A DNA stretch of 49,415 nucleotides from Chiloscyllium plagiosum (Eukaryota): NCBI RefSeq assembly GCF_004010195.1, contig NC_057750.1, positions 15,051,273 to 15,100,687 of the forward strand, given 5' to 3'. Of the stretch, positions 48,506 to 49,415 are shown in pieces. The notes beneath the pieces are model-generated. The model was not told where the DNA came from. It worked only from the letters and a program-made list of their open reading frames with translations, and ran no database searches. Position 1 is the first letter of the stretch. Every line of letters begins with the position of its first letter. Made by a program: the position numbers and the translations under genes.

Positions 48506-48993
48506 CAACTTCCTTCTCTATCTAACTTGGGGTAATTGTCAAATTTAGCTTCCATGCATTGAATCCTTTCATCCATATGTATATTTGAAATCCCAGCACT
48601 GATCCCTGTGATTATTTTAAATTCCTCCCTCCCTTTATCCTTATAATTTTCAAGTCTCGTTAGGAAGTTTTCTCAGTCTTATGCAGGTATAAGATTTCAA
48701 CATTTCATTGATTCGTTTTCCATGATCAGTTCCTCAGATTACTCACTAGAGGGCCACCATGAGCTTTAGTGTGTCTTCTATTCCATTGCCTTGAGAGTCA
48801 GTGTCAGATACACTTTGCTTTAATGTATCTAAATGGCTTAGATATTGAAACTAGTTCTGCTTTTCCAACCCCAAAAAGACTAGTTTATCTCTATTCTTTA
48901 CCTGGCCTGGCCTACATGTGACTCCAGACCACGGCAATGTGGTTAACTCTTAACCGCTCTCTGAAATGGTCTAGCAAGCCACCCAGTTCAAGG

Positions 48994-49415
48994 ACATAGA
49001 ACATAGAACATAGAACATAGACGAATACAGCGCAGTACAGGCCCTTTGGCTCTCGATGTTGCGCTGATCCAAGCCCACCTAACCTACACTAGCCCACTAT
49101 CCTCCATATGCCTATCCAATGCCCGCTTAAATGCCCATAAAGAGGGAGAGTCCATCATTGCCACTGGCAGGGCATTCCATGAACTCACGACTCGCTGAGT
49201 AAAGAACCTACCCCTAATATCTGTCCTATACCTACCACCCCTTAATTTAAAGCTATGCCCCCTCGTAATAGCTGACTCCATACGTGGAAAAAGATTCTCA
49301 CTGTCGACCCTATCTAAACCCCTAATCATCTTATACACCTCTATCAAGTCACCCCTAAAACTTCTTTCCTCCAATGAAAACAGCCCCAAGTGCCCCAGCC
49401 TTTCCTCATACGATC
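48994..49415 (-). mobile_element. Young CR1 3' end, continuing beyond the window
   Basis: ORF 49084..49389 RGDLIEVYKMIRGLDRVDSENLFP; (agaacat)n tail. Confidence 0.92.

Overview
Repeat-rich vertebrate DNA, almost certainly from a shark. This is inferred from HE1-type V-SINEs, CR1/HER1 LINEs, a DeuSINE and abundant Penelope-like elements. The + strand carries the last 11 coding exons of PAF1 (1906-25635); all have GT-AG boundaries and consistent phases, and the 5' exons lie upstream of the window. Converging on it from the - strand is a SUSD6/SUSD4-like single-pass membrane gene with an intact TM exon (38563-38698) and a PY-motif cytoplasmic exon (36557-36995). That gene shows no Sushi exon, and its signal-peptide-like exon (41314-41443) is frameshifted and has a Penelope-like insertion exactly at its splice donor. 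About a dozen short Penelope-like (PLE) insertions from several families mostly form inverted repeats, often with 10-17 bp target duplications and minimal hammerhead-ribozyme cores. The cleanest is a 204-bp-arm hairpin in a PAF1 intron (17137-17552). The rest is CR1, L2 and RTE fragments, SINEs, a Tigger-type MITE and microsatellites. Repeat boundaries are approximate, and family names come from recognition, not database searches.
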